DNA of 64,000 nt from assembly GCA_963724295.1 (NCBI GenBank), contig CAVRUC010000007.1:704001-768000 (forward strand). Direction: 5' to 3'. Positions 1 through 10,811 of this stretch are shown in pieces (position 1 is the stretch's first letter; each line of letters begins with the position of its first letter). The DNA comes from an uncultured Chloroflexia bacterium (GTDB lineage: Bacteria > Chloroflexota > Chloroflexia > Thermomicrobiales > UBA6265). The notes under the pieces are model-generated. The model saw only the letters and a program-made list of their open reading frames with translations, had not been told where the DNA came from and did not search any database. The position numbers and the translations under genes are program-made.

Positions 1-184
1 GTAAAGAGACCCCCTTCAGCCGAATTATCACTCGACGACACAGTGCGTCAGTCCCGCCCCTAGCCACTGTCAAGGTTGCCGGGTTTTGACGCTGAACATA
101 TGCTGGCGGGTGGCGTAACCGGCATCCCAGAAATGGTGAGCGTCCGGCAGTGTGCGTAGGGAAAGCGAAAGGGAAGCCAGCTTC

Positions 185-1486
185 ATGGCGCTAGTCGAAG
201 TCGACGACATCGAATTCGGTGCGCCCCAGCCCGACAAGATTCAGGCGTTTTCCGTCGACGCTCCACGCATCGGCGGTCGCAATGTCTACGATATCGAGTT
301 CGCCGGATGGGTTCTGGGAATCAACGAGCCGGTGCAGGAGATCGAAATTCATCAGGGTGGCGCCGTCATTCGCAAGGTCCCACTTGATCAGGAGCGCCGC
401 GACGTCGCTCACGACTACCCGGATTCTCCCGGTTCAGGGACGTGCGGGTTTCGCACCTGGGTGAGCGTGATCGGCCTCGAGCCAGATCCCAAGCTTCAGG
501 TACGCGCGGTGCTCGCTGATGGCACCAGGGCGCGATTGGGCAGCATCACGCTCCGTCATCAACCGGTCCAGTCCGGGTTCCAGCCACGCTTGCAACCATT
601 GATGCTCACCACGATGGGTCGCGCCGGTACGACATGGACCATGCGCCTCCTCTCCGAGCACCCGGAGATCGTCGTCCATCGCTGGCACCCGTACGAGTTG
701 CGCACGGCTCGCTACTGGTGGCACATGTTCAAGACCCTCTCGGAGCCACGGGACCCATACCATTCAGCGCAGGCCGATCACTTTCAGACCAATAAGCAAT
801 GGGTGGGCTACAACCCGTTTTACCCCGAGCCGATCGCGGTGACGCCCGGTCTCGGCGAATGGATGGGTCGTGACTACGTCGAAGATTTCGCCCGATTCTG
901 CCAGCGCAGCGCCGAGGAGACCTATCTGCGCATCGCGGCCGGCCAAGGTCAGCCCAATGTGAAGTACATGGCGGAGAAGCACCGCGCCGACAATCTCCCC
1001 TGGCTGGTTTGGGAGCTTTATCCAAAGGCCAAAGAGATCTTTCTGGTTCGCGATTTTCGCGATGTCTACAGCTCCATGCTCGCGTTCAACGAGAAGTTTG
1101 GACGTCGCGCCTTCGGGCCCGCGCACATCGAATCTGACGCCGACTTCGCCAGTTTCCTGCGCAATAGCACTATCCGGAATCTCAGTCGTTCCTGGCCAAA
1201 GCGAAAGGACCGGGCACACCTGATCCGCTATGAAGATCTCATCACCCGGCCTACGGAGATCCTGCACGGGGTGTTGACCTATCTCGAGCTCGACGCATCA
1301 GACGCAACGATCGACGGCATGATCGACCGGGCGTCGGCCGAGAACCCGGAGATGAAGCGACACCTGACCAGCAGTGAGGTTTCGACCTCTCTCGGCCGGT
1401 GGAAATCGTCCCTCTCTCCCGAATTGCAATCCGTCGCCAATAGCACGTTCGGCGATGTCCTCCAACAGTTCGGCTACCAGGTCTGA
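185..1486 (+). CDS. Sulfotransferase family protein with N-terminal beta-rich (Ig-like) domain
   Basis: 5'-PSB motif MGRAGTTW, 3'-PB motif FLVRDFRDVYSS, IRYEDL, C-terminal SLGRWK; ATG at 185 preferred over GTG 152. Confidence 0.85.
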   Translation: MALVEVDDIEFGAPQPDKIQAFSVDAPRIGGRNVYDIEFAGWVLGINEPVQEIEIHQGGAVIRKVPLDQERRDVAHDYPDSPGSGTCGFRTWVSVIGLEPDPKLQVRAVLADGTRARLGSITLRHQPVQSGFQPRLQPLMLTTMGRAGTTWTMRLLSEHPEIVVHRWHPYELRTARYWWHMFKTLSEPRDPYHSAQADHFQTNKQWVGYNPFYPEPIAVTPGLGEWMGRDYVEDFARFCQRSAEETYLRIAAGQGQPNVKYMAEKHRADNLPWLVWELYPKAKEIFLVRDFRDVYSSMLAFNEKFGRRAFGPAHIESDADFASFLRNSTIRNLSRSWPKRKDRAHLIRYEDLITRPTEILHGVLTYLELDASDATIDGMIDRASAENPEMKRHLTSSEVSTSLGRWKSSLSPELQSVANSTFGDVLQQFGYQV

Positions 1487-1548
1487 CTGAAACCCGGGCA
1501 ACTTCCCCAACGTGCAAGAGGGGTTCTCAGACCAATGGAGACAGCACG

Positions 1549-2269
1549 GTGAGGATTGTCATTGCTGGCCCACCGAAGACCGGTAACATGTGGCTGAAGT
1601 GTCTCCTGGGCCGCGCGTATGGTCTCAGGTGGCTCCGACCCTTCGAGACGCCCGAGCGCGCCGACCTCCAGGCACTCAGATCCTGGCTCGCGGCCGACCG
1701 GTTTCCTGACGGGACCATCTTTCACCAGCACTACGATTACGCGTCCGAGGTCGCTGACGCGCTCGATGCCGTTCCTGCGCACGTAGTGACGATCGTTCGC
1801 GATCCCTACGACGCGTTTGTGTCGACGTATTACACGCTCCAACAACATTCGTCCGAGAACAATCGAAAAGGGACGGAAGTTCACGGAGCTGATGGGAAAA
1901 CCGTTAGATGATCCCGCGGTGATCGAGTTCTTGCGTCAAGGGGGGTACCGAAACAACCTCGAGAAAGCACGCGACTGGGCGAACAGCGGCCGAGCTGTCG
2001 TGTTGCGTTACGAGAGCTTGATCCGGGATCCGCTGGCAGAACTACAACGCGCGACTGAAATGATTGCCCCTGTAAGCGTTGAAGACCTCGAGACAGCGAT
2101 CGACTACTGCCGCGCCGATCGGATGCGCCAGCGAACCAAAGGCGGTAGCAAGCACGTGCGTGCGGCGACTGTCGGCGATTCGGAGCGGCAGCTCACGGCA
2201 GACCACCTCGACGCATTCCGCGAGGCGTACGCCGCGATCATCGTTGAGCTCGGCTATTCGGTGCGGTAG
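1549..2269 (+). CDS. Sulfotransferase domain protein, paralog 1 (+1 frameshift near 1870)
   Basis: GPPKTGNMWL, IVRDPYDAFVS, then LRYESL and HVRAATVGD in the second frame; colinear with the intact paralog at 2461. Confidence 0.8.
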
Positions 2270-2460
2270 GCCATGTCCGCTATGAGTCGAACCGAGGACC
2301 ATCCTGCCACGTTTGTTATACTGCGCAGTCGTCCGAGCGAAAACCCGCGTCTCGCTCGCCGGCAACGAGTTCGCTCGAGCTGGGACCGTGGCGCGGAATC
2401 CAAGTACCGCCGGAGTTGACCCAGCTCGTTGCCGAACGAGCGTACGAGGAGTGCGACCGG

Positions 2461-3180
2461 GTGAGGATCATAATCGCGGGGCCGCCCAAGGCCGGCAATG
2501 TCTGGCTCAAATGCCTGCTCGGCCAGATCTACGGGTTGCGTCCCCTCTCCAGAAACGAGACGCCGCAGCGACCATATTTCCACCTCCTCAAGGCCTGGTT
2601 GGAAGAGGGCAACTTTCCGGACGGGACGATTTTCCACCAACATTACGACTACAAAGAGGAGTTGGCGGATCTGGTCGAAGCGGTGCCGGCGCACATCGCC
2701 ACCATCGTTCGCGATCCGTACGACACCTTCGTCTCGTCCTATTTCACTATCCAGCAGCATAAAGACGATGGGCACCGTGACGGTCGTCGCAAGGATTTTA
2801 TGGCCGGCAAGTCCTTGAGCGACCCGGATGTCGTCGAGTACCTCCGCAACGGAGGCTTTCGCAACAATATGCGGCGCGCCAGGGAGTGGCTGGAGAGCGG
2901 ACGGACCCTGGTCGTGCGCTACGAGCGCTTGCACTCCGACCCGATCGCCGAGTTGCGCACCATCACCGACAAGATCGAGCCGGTGCCGGATGAGCGCATC
3001 GCTGCCGCCCTCGAGACGTGCAGCGCGGAGAATATGCGCCAAATGGGGGGACCCAAGTCCCAACATGTCCGGGCGGCCAAAGTCGGCGACTCGCGGGAAA
3101 AACTGAATGAGGAGCATCTGGCCGTCTTCCGCGAAAAGTACGCCGACATGATCCGCGCAATCGGCTATGAGGTTCGCTAG
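2461..3180 (+). CDS. Sulfotransferase domain protein, paralog 2
   Basis: GPPKAGNVWL, IVRDPYDTFVS, VRYERL, HVRAAKVGD; GTG start with upstream GGAG matches the paralog N-termini. Confidence 0.85.
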   Translation: MRIIIAGPPKAGNVWLKCLLGQIYGLRPLSRNETPQRPYFHLLKAWLEEGNFPDGTIFHQHYDYKEELADLVEAVPAHIATIVRDPYDTFVSSYFTIQQHKDDGHRDGRRKDFMAGKSLSDPDVVEYLRNGGFRNNMRRAREWLESGRTLVVRYERLHSDPIAELRTITDKIEPVPDERIAAALETCSAENMRQMGGPKSQHVRAAKVGDSREKLNEEHLAVFREKYADMIRAIGYEVR

Positions 3181-3253
3181 GGACTAAGACTCCTGCCAAG
3201 GCAGGAGATTCCGGGAGCCGGCCCCGGCGGCGGGACTCCTAGAGAGGGCATAC

Positions 3254-3986
3254 ATGCGCATCGTCATCTCATCGCCCCCAAAGATGGGGAATACGTGGCT
3301 CAAATGTCTGTTGAGCCAGGTCTACGATCTGGAATGAATCCTCGGCGAAGACTCGCCCGACACAAACATCGAACAGTTTTATCGGTTCGTCAGCGAAGGT
3401 CGCTTTCCCGACAACACCATCTTTCACCAGCACTGCAGGTACAAGCCTCAGCTCTGCGATATCATCGACCAGATTCCGGCGCATCTGGTCACCATCGTGC
3501 GCGATCCGTACGACGCCTTCGTCTCCATGTACCACTGGATCCAGACCCGCACTGACTTCGACCGAGAATTGGGTCGGGTCCGCAAGAAGCAACGGCCGCG
3601 CGATGTGATGATTGGGAAGTCTATCGATGACCCGGTCGTCCTGGACTTTCTTGCCGATGGCTTCGGCCAAACGATCAAACGTGCCGATGAGTGGGTCCAC
3701 AGCGGCCGGGCCATCGTCGTCCGTTATGAGGATCTCCACCGCGAAACGGTTGAGGCGTTGACTCGCGTCACGAACCAGATCGAGCCGGTCGAAACCGCGC
3801 GCATCGAACGTGCGGTTGAAGCGTGTAGCGCCGCCAACATGCGCCAGAGGAGCAAGCGTATGTCGTCGGCATGTTCGCGCGGCGAAGGTCGGAGACTCGC
3901 GAGACAAGCTGGGGGAGTCACACCTGGCCATCTTCCGCGAGAAGTACGGCGAACTGCTTACGTCGCTCGGGTACGACGTTCGATAG
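3254..3986 (+). pseudogene. Sulfotransferase domain protein, paralog 3 (in-frame TGA at 3335-3337 and frameshift near 3865; may be sequencing error)
   Basis: Read manually: MRIVISSPPKMGNTWLKCLLSQVYDLE*ILGEDS...FPDNTIFHQH...IVRDPYD; C-terminus HVRAAKVGDSRDKL...LGYDVR* in shifted frame. Confidence 0.7.
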
Positions 3987-4046
3987 CCTGGCGTGGCCAT
4001 CTGATCAGCTCATGCCGGTCAGAGCCGTTGTTTCCGCCCGATCGAA

Positions 4047-5019
4047 ATGACGAACGCAGTTGATATCGGTATTCTCGCCATTGTCGGTCTCTTTGCCGTG
4101 GGCGGAATGCGGCGCGGATTCCTGCTCGGAATTGTGGACCTCGTCGCCTTTGGTCTGTCACTGATTGTCGCCGCCCGGCTTGGGGAGGTCGGTCGCCGAC
4201 CCGTTGATTGCCTGGGGCCTGCCGGCCGAGCTTGCCGCCGGCGCGGGCTTCATGATTGTTGCCGTGGTCAGCCTGGCGGTGATCGGACTGGCGGCCCGCG
4301 TACTACTGGCGCCCCTGGGCACTCTCGGTGCGAGCACGCCATTGGGCTGGGTCAATGGCGTGCTCGGCTTGCTTCCGGGCGCTATCCGCGGTCTCGCCAT
4401 TGCCGCGCTCCTCGTGCTCGTCGTCTCGGCGCTGCCGCCAGAGTTGGGGCTGCGCGATCGACTTGCGGAATCGCGGCTCGCCGCGCCTATCGCCGAAACG
4501 GGGCGGAAGGCACTTGATGCTGGTCTGGTGTGGGCAGGGGTCGATGCGCGACCGCTTGACATGCTCTCCCTACCTCCAACTGTCGACTCCGTCGAGTTTC
4601 CCTTTCCCGGCACCACGGCGCTCGAATCTGGAAACGACCAGGGGGCCGAGCAAACGCTGCTCGAGTTGTTGAATCAGGAACGTGCCGATGCCGGACTTTC
4701 CCCGCTGCAACCCGACTCCACCCTGGCCGAGGTCGGTCGCGCCCACGGCCGTGAGATGGTCGCGCTTGGTTACTTTGGTCACGTCTCGCCGGCGACTGGG
4801 AGCGCAGCGGATCGGCTAGCCGCTGCGGGGTTGGTCTCTCCTCTATCCGGCGAAAACATTGCGCTGGCGGCGGGACCTGAGGTGGCTCACGAGCAACTGA
4901 TGAACAGACCGGCGGATCGCGCGAATATCCTCAATCCCGGCTTCACCCGGGTCGGCATCGCCGCGCTCCGTAGCACCGACCACGAGCTCCTGGTGATTCA
5001 GGAGTTTGCCGGGCCGTGA
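4047..5019 (+). CDS. CvpA (colicin V production) family membrane domain fused to CAP/SCP domain (frameshift near 4185)
   Basis: N-terminal GMRRGFL plus TM helices; C-terminal LLNQER, HGREM..GYFGHVSP, GENIA, ANILNPGFTRVGI. Confidence 0.8.
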
Positions 5020-5108
5020 TCCTGGCTCGGCGATGACGATACCAGTTACAGTCCGTCAGACATCGTGGACAGCTTTGGCGATCGGTCAACGGGGAAGGAC
5101 CTATCCTC

Positions 5109-6505
5109 GTGGAAGCATCATCAGTAGTCGTTGCTCATGACCCGGAGCGGATGCGGGTGATATTGCAGCAACACTTGCAAGCATCGGCGAGCGCGCCATT
5201 GCGGGTTCAGGAGTGCCGTATCGCCAACACGCGCCAGCGCGATGGCTCACGCGGCACTGTCCAGTACGAACTCCGCCTCGAGGATGCAACGACTGGACTC
5301 GCCTGGAACCAATTAGTAACCGGTATCACCTTCGGAGGTGTCCGGACCCGGCGTGCCTGGGATTCAATTCGCCGCTCGGCCGCGCTCGACGCCGAGCCAG
5401 AAGCGCGGAGCGCCTTGCCACCGTTTGCCTACGTGCCCGAGCTCGATCTGCTGCTTCAGGTGTTTCCACACGACTATCGCCTGCCAGGCCTCGTCCAATT
5501 GATAGCAGGACCACCGCCGGAACTCGTGTCGGCCCTCATAGACGAGTTTGGTCCAGGAGACTGGAGAACTGATGAGTTGGCAGGCCGAAACGGTTCAGTA
5601 TCGCGTCGACATGAGGGCAATTTTGCGGTTGACTGTCGGAGCTGCGGATTCGTTCAACCGAGGGTCCTCCGAGCGCCAGTTCTATGCCAAGATCTATCGG
5701 GACGTCGATCAGGGACGACGCGCCCATCGCGCGCAATGCGAGATCCATGAGCAAGCTACTGCGGTCGGAAAGCACCTCGTCGTGGCGAAGCCGATCGTTT
5801 ACTCGGATGGTCTCCGCACCCTCGTGACAGAAGCTATACCGGGCACGTCATTGTCCAAGATCATCGGGCGTGGCAATGGTTCGATCGGCGCGGTGCAATC
5901 CGCGGCGCGGGCCATTGCCGAATTTCACCAACTCGACGTCGTCGCGCCGCAACGATCTCATGCCGAAGACATGGCTCGACTTCGTGCAGCTCAGGGGGTC
6001 CTCGCGTCTGCTCGGCCCGAGCTAGCCGACGAGGTTAGCGTCATTGTGGAGGCCGTAGCCTTGGGCCTCGAGAGCGCTCCTATCCTCGCTTATCCATGGC
6101 GATCTCAAACCGGTTCACATCCTGATCGATGGCGATCGCGTCGGACTTATCGATTTCGATCTCTACGGCGCGGCCGATCCGATAGTCGACATCGCACATC
6201 TCATCGGGTTCCTGCGGAAGCCCCAGCAGCGCGCTCGGTCTCGCCGCGCGGAAACCGAAGACGTTGGTCAAGTATTCGTTGACGAATACTTCAGGCACGT
6301 CCCGGACTCCTGGCGTGCCCGGCTTCCACTGCATCACGCCATGACGAGCATTTATCGAGCGGTTGGTCTTTGCCAACGGCGGGGCGAAAATCATCAACAT
6401 CATATCGAGGAAGTGTTGCGGGAGGGTCGTGCGTTCCTGGACCGAGTCGCTGACGGATCAGTCCCCTCCTACAAGCGCCGGCTCACGCGATCCGTCGCGC
6501 ATTGA
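5109..6505 (+). CDS. Aminoglycoside phosphotransferase (APH)/protein kinase-like protein (frameshifts near 5570 and 6080)
   Basis: FPHDYRLPGL, FYAKIY; third frame read manually gives HGDLKPVHILIDGDRVGLIDFD...DPIVDIA, ending at TGA 6503-6505. Confidence 0.75.
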
Positions 6506-6598
6506 GCGTCGCGTGCCGGACGATCTTGAGCCAGTCAGTAGAATGCTGGTCGCGCGAGCGTGGAGGGGAACGAAGCGGCATGATTGGGTCGATAGACC

Positions 6599-8182
6599 GT
6601 GGTGCGAAGCGCGCAGTATGAGGGCTCGCGTCCACTTACACCAAGCGACTTCTCGTTCCACGGTTTTGGCGAGCTACGGCGTGATGAACTGCGCAAGATC
6701 ATGCGGCTTGGTATCCGCAGCAATTCGCCCGCTGTGTCGGTCGTCGACCGAGCCATCTTCATCCCCAATGGGCCTGAGTCAAGCGACAAATCCCAAAAAT
6801 TCGGTGGCGGCGTCATCACACCTGACGGGCAGCCCGTCGAAACCGCGCAGATACAGCGAAAAGGGGGCAAGCGCGTCGGTGGTCCGGTCGAAACGGTCAT
6901 CGTCACACCAGCGAGTGAGCTGGACGAGGACATCATCTACGTTGGCATGCTTTTCAACCACTTTGGCCGCGTCCTGCTGGAATCACTGGCGCGCGTCTGG
7001 TATCTCAACGAAGTCGAACCGTCGGTCAAGGTTGTGTTCAATAACGCCAACTCCGCCCAAGCGGGCCACGCCTCGTGGGTGCCAAAGCTCCTGACGGCGT
7101 TCGGCATCCCGCCAGAGCGGATACTCTCTCTCCATGAACCGACCAGGTTACGACGCGCGGTCGTTCCCGAGCCATTGTTCAAACAGTTCTACTCGGCGCA
7201 CGTCGACATGGCTCGCCCGTTCCGGGAGGTGGCCGAGCGTCTAGCCGCCGATGTATCGCTGTCGGAGCAACCGCTGTACCTCAGTCGTCGCCGTCTTACC
7301 AGCCGGCAACGGCCAATTGTCGGAGAGGCCGAGCTCGAAGAGCTGCTGCGGGAAAACGGATTCGCAATCGCCTATCCGGAGACACTGTCGATTGAGGACC
7401 AGATTCGCCTGATCAACAGTCACGCGACTATTTTCTCGAGCTTGGGGAGCGCCGCCCACAGCATTCTCTTTGCCTGCCACAATCCTAGACTGCACCTTTT
7501 GGCGAGCCAGGACGCCATTCCCTCAAATTTCTATCTCTGCTCGATGCTCGCTGACGCCCCGACGACGTTTGTCAACTGCTTGGGATCAGGCGGGCGCGTA
7601 AGTCCAAACGACGAGCGACTCAACCGGCGCGCCGCATCGGCCAAGAACTCGGAGGAGAAACACTCCGGGGATTCGAAAGCAGGACAGCAGTCCGTGCCGC
7701 AGCTCGTCGAGATGGATCGAATGATCGACTACCTCGAGCAGAATGGCTTCCTGAAAAAACACTCGCCAACTCCGACGGTTGGCCGGACCTCGGCCGTCGA
7801 TTTGCGACGACGGTACGACGAGGCGTGGGTTTACGCGCGGCTTCGAAAAACTTCCTCGAAGCCCGGTTCGCTGCCGGCTGAACTTGCGAGCGAGGCAGCC
7901 ACGCTGGCAGCGAAGTCTTGGCCGGTGTGTTTCATGCTGGCGCTCTATCACGCCCGCGCCAGAGACCGAGCCCGCGCGACTGCCCTGGCAACTCAGTTCG
8001 TGGCGCTCGTGGACGCTGAAACTGACGAAAGTCGACTGGCCTACTATCGTGGAGATGTCCTTGGGATGGCGAACCGCATCGCCCGCATGTGCGACCGGGA
8101 GACGGCCAAACGACTTAAGAGAATCCTCACCGGCCGCTTCCCAGGGGAAACGCCCGACGGAGACGAGGACGACCTTGATTGA
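6599..8182 (+). CDS. Glycosyltransferase family 61 (DUF563) protein
   Basis: NHFGRVLLESLAR, LYLSRRR, YPETLSIEDQIRL, GSAAHSILF motifs. Confidence 0.75.
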   Translation: MVRSAQYEGSRPLTPSDFSFHGFGELRRDELRKIMRLGIRSNSPAVSVVDRAIFIPNGPESSDKSQKFGGGVITPDGQPVETAQIQRKGGKRVGGPVETVIVTPASELDEDIIYVGMLFNHFGRVLLESLARVWYLNEVEPSVKVVFNNANSAQAGHASWVPKLLTAFGIPPERILSLHEPTRLRRAVVPEPLFKQFYSAHVDMARPFREVAERLAADVSLSEQPLYLSRRRLTSRQRPIVGEAELEELLRENGFAIAYPETLSIEDQIRLINSHATIFSSLGSAAHSILFACHNPRLHLLASQDAIPSNFYLCSMLADAPTTFVNCLGSGGRVSPNDERLNRRAASAKNSEEKHSGDSKAGQQSVPQLVEMDRMIDYLEQNGFLKKHSPTPTVGRTSAVDLRRRYDEAWVYARLRKTSSKPGSLPAELASEAATLAAKSWPVCFMLALYHARARDRARATALATQFVALVDAETDESRLAYYRGDVLGMANRIARMCDRETAKRLKRILTGRFPGETPDGDEDDLD

Positions 8183-8339
8183 TCCGTGAGAGAGCTGGTC
8201 TAGACGGTCGTTTTCTTCCAATGCAGAGGCGAATTGCACCGCCCGGCCCGCACTTTGCTACAGTGCGGCGAGGATCACAGGTTTCTCATTGGGCCCTGCA
8301 GGCGCCCAACGTTTGACATCGTAGCGCCTGGAGAAGAGT

Positions 8340-9314
8340 GTGGACATCGTATTGCCCGTCGCAGGGTTCGGCACGCGCCTGCGCCCGCAGACCTGGACGA
8401 AACCCAAGCCACTGGTCAGCGTGGCCGGCAAGCCAATGCTAGAGCACGTGCTGGACCGGGTGCTCCCGCTGGATCCCGCCAAGGTGGTATTCATCACGGG
8501 GTTCCTTGGCGAGCAGATCGAGTCATGGGCCCGTGACAACCTCGACGTTCCCGTCGCGTTCGTGGAGCAGCCGGAGATGCGGGGCCAGACCGACGCCATC
8601 CTGCGCACCCGAGACCTGGTCAGTGGAGACGCGCTGATCCTCTTTCCAGACATGCTTTTCGAGGCCGATTTTTCGCCGCTACGAGACGTCGCGGCCGACG
8701 TCGTGATGTTCACGAAGGAGGTGGAGGACCCGTCCGCTCTGGGCATCGCCGTCGTCGAGAATGGCCGCATCGTCCGCCTGGTCGAGAAACCGCGGGAACC
8801 GATCTCCAACCTGGCCGTGATCGGGATCTACTACGTGCGGCACATGCCGGACCTCTACGCGGCGATCGAGGAGCAGATGCGGCGCGGTCTTTCGCTCAAG
8901 AACGAGTACTTCATCGCCGACGCGATCCAGCTGATGATCGGCGCCGGCGCCGAGGTGATTCCACTGCCGGTCACGGAGTGGGAGGACTGCGGCAACGCGG
9001 AGACCCTGCTTGGCACCAATCGCTTTCTGCTGCAACGACAAAACCAGGAAGTGGCCGCCCGGAGCGGGTCGGTGATCGTCCCACCGTCGTTCGTCGCCGA
9101 CGATGCTGTCATCGAGCACTCCATAGTCGGGCCATTTGCCAGCATCGGTCCTGGCGTCACGGTTCGCGAGAGCATCGTCCGTGACTGCATCATCGAAGAA
9201 CGCGCCACAATCAGCGACGCCCTCCTCGAAGGCTCGATTGTTGGACGCCGGGCCAGCATCAGCGGATTGGCTCGCGGCCTGAACGTCGGTGATGATGCGG
9301 TCGTGGGGGCATGA
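8340..9314 (+). CDS. Sugar-phosphate nucleotidyltransferase (glucose-1-phosphate thymidylyltransferase-like, hexapeptide tail)
   Basis: PVAGFGTRLRPQT..KPKPL, LVEKP, WEDCG. Confidence 0.9.
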   Translation: MDIVLPVAGFGTRLRPQTWTKPKPLVSVAGKPMLEHVLDRVLPLDPAKVVFITGFLGEQIESWARDNLDVPVAFVEQPEMRGQTDAILRTRDLVSGDALILFPDMLFEADFSPLRDVAADVVMFTKEVEDPSALGIAVVENGRIVRLVEKPREPISNLAVIGIYYVRHMPDLYAAIEEQMRRGLSLKNEYFIADAIQLMIGAGAEVIPLPVTEWEDCGNAETLLGTNRFLLQRQNQEVAARSGSVIVPPSFVADDAVIEHSIVGPFASIGPGVTVRESIVRDCIIEERATISDALLEGSIVGRRASISGLARGLNVGDDAVVGA

Positions 9315-10243
9315 GCGCGGAAGCGCCCGCTGGTCGCTGGTTGGAGCTAGCCGTAACCTGCGACAGCGAAGCGGTCGAGCCCGTGTCCGAGCTTCTTGCC
9401 TCCCACGGTTTCAATCAGGGTGTCGCCATCGAGGAGGCCTTCACCCAGGACCTGGACGGTGACAATTTTGCCGTCGATCCTACCCGGCCGGTCGTCGTCC
9501 GAACGTTCCTCAACGCGGCCGACGTCGCGCCGGAGATGATCGAGGAAATTCGACGAGCGCTCTGGCACCTCGGCCGGCTCCGCTCGATCAGCGATCTGCG
9601 CGTCACGGAACGGCAGGAAGAAGACTGGGCCAACGCCTGGAAAGCCCACTACAGCGTCCATCGCGTCGGACGCCGCGTGCTGGTAAAGGCGCCCTGGCAT
9701 GAATACCAGCCGGCTCTTGACGAGATCGTCGTCGAGCTCGATCCCGGCATGGCGTTCGGTACAGGTCTCCATCCGTCGACGCAGCTGGCCATGATCGGGG
9801 TCGAAGACGAGATCGAGCCAGGAGACCGGGTCCTGGACGTCGGCACCGGCTCCGGCGTGCTGGCCACCGCGGCTGCCCTGCTCGGTGCGAGCGCGGTCGA
9901 TGGCGTCGACATCGAACCGGTCGCCGTCCGCTCCGCACGAGAGAACGCGGATCGCAACGGCGTCGGAAGCGTAGTCCGCATCGAGCAGGGCAGCGTGGGC
10001 GAAGGGCAGCCGTTTCAAGGGGAATACGACCTGGTAGTCGCCAATATCATCGCCCGCGTCCTGATCGAGCTGGCGTCCAGCCTCGCCAGGGTAGTCCGCC
10101 CGGGAGGAACGCTGATCCTCGGCGGCATCATCGATAGCAAGGAGGCCGCGGTTCACGACGCGTTCAACGACGTCGGTCTCTCGCTCATACGGCGCGAAAC
10201 GTGTGAGGACTGGGTTTCACTGGTGTTGCGTAGACCCGCGTAG
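9311..10243 (+). CDS. prmA: 50S ribosomal protein L11 methyltransferase
   Basis: EEDWANAWK, LDPGMAFGTGLHPST, VLDVGTGSGVL, VVANI. Confidence 0.95.
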   Translation: MSAEAPAGRWLELAVTCDSEAVEPVSELLASHGFNQGVAIEEAFTQDLDGDNFAVDPTRPVVVRTFLNAADVAPEMIEEIRRALWHLGRLRSISDLRVTERQEEDWANAWKAHYSVHRVGRRVLVKAPWHEYQPALDEIVVELDPGMAFGTGLHPSTQLAMIGVEDEIEPGDRVLDVGTGSGVLATAAALLGASAVDGVDIEPVAVRSARENADRNGVGSVVRIEQGSVGEGQPFQGEYDLVVANIIARVLIELASSLARVVRPGGTLILGGIIDSKEAAVHDAFNDVGLSLIRRETCEDWVSLVLRRPA

Positions 10244-10307
10244 GAACCGAGCCTCACAAGATCGGCCCCTATACTGCCGGAATGATCGCGTCCGACCCCG
10301 AGGCCCT

Positions 10308-10811
10308 ATGTCCGAGACGTTTGAAAGTCAGGTGAATCGGCTGGGCGGGTCCGCCTTGCCCGAGACCCCGCATGAGCTGCCATTCGACCGCGGGGTCATT
10401 GACGCGCTTGTCGATCGGGTTCGCGCCGGAGAGCGCGTGAACCTGCTCGAGTCCGTACTCGATGCGCTCGATTGGTCGTCATTCGTGACGATCGAGGGCG
10501 AGCCGCTCGACCCCGTCGCTCGTGACGAGCTGCGTCACTATTATCGCCAGAAGTGGGTAGACGTCGGACCGCTCTACCTGGCCGAGCTGCTCTCTACCGA
10601 GTTCATGACCGAGCAGCGCGCCCGCGGCGATGTCCAATTTTCGGAACGGCTCATGCAGCTTGGCCAGACCGAGCCCGACCTCTGGCACGAAATTCGCCAG
10701 TTCTTCCGGCGCAAGGAAATGGTTACCGCTTTGCTGGCGGCAGCCCACGAGCCATCTGTCAAGGCGAACGCGGCGTCCGACGAGGATGACGAGGAGGATC
10801 TGTGGGAATGA
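10308..10811 (+). CDS. Hypothetical protein with acidic C-terminus
   Basis: Coding-like ORF; stop overlaps the ugd start (ATGA 10808-10811). Confidence 0.7.
   Translation: MSETFESQVNRLGGSALPETPHELPFDRGVIDALVDRVRAGERVNLLESVLDALDWSSFVTIEGEPLDPVARDELRHYYRQKWVDVGPLYLAELLSTEFMTEQRARGDVQFSERLMQLGQTEPDLWHEIRQFFRRKEMVTALLAAAHEPSVKANAASDEDDEEDLWE

Noticed and set aside
3335..3337. Selenocysteine or genetic code 4 readthrough
   Set aside because: Aligned residue is Trp, not Cys, and TGA terminates many genes in this window
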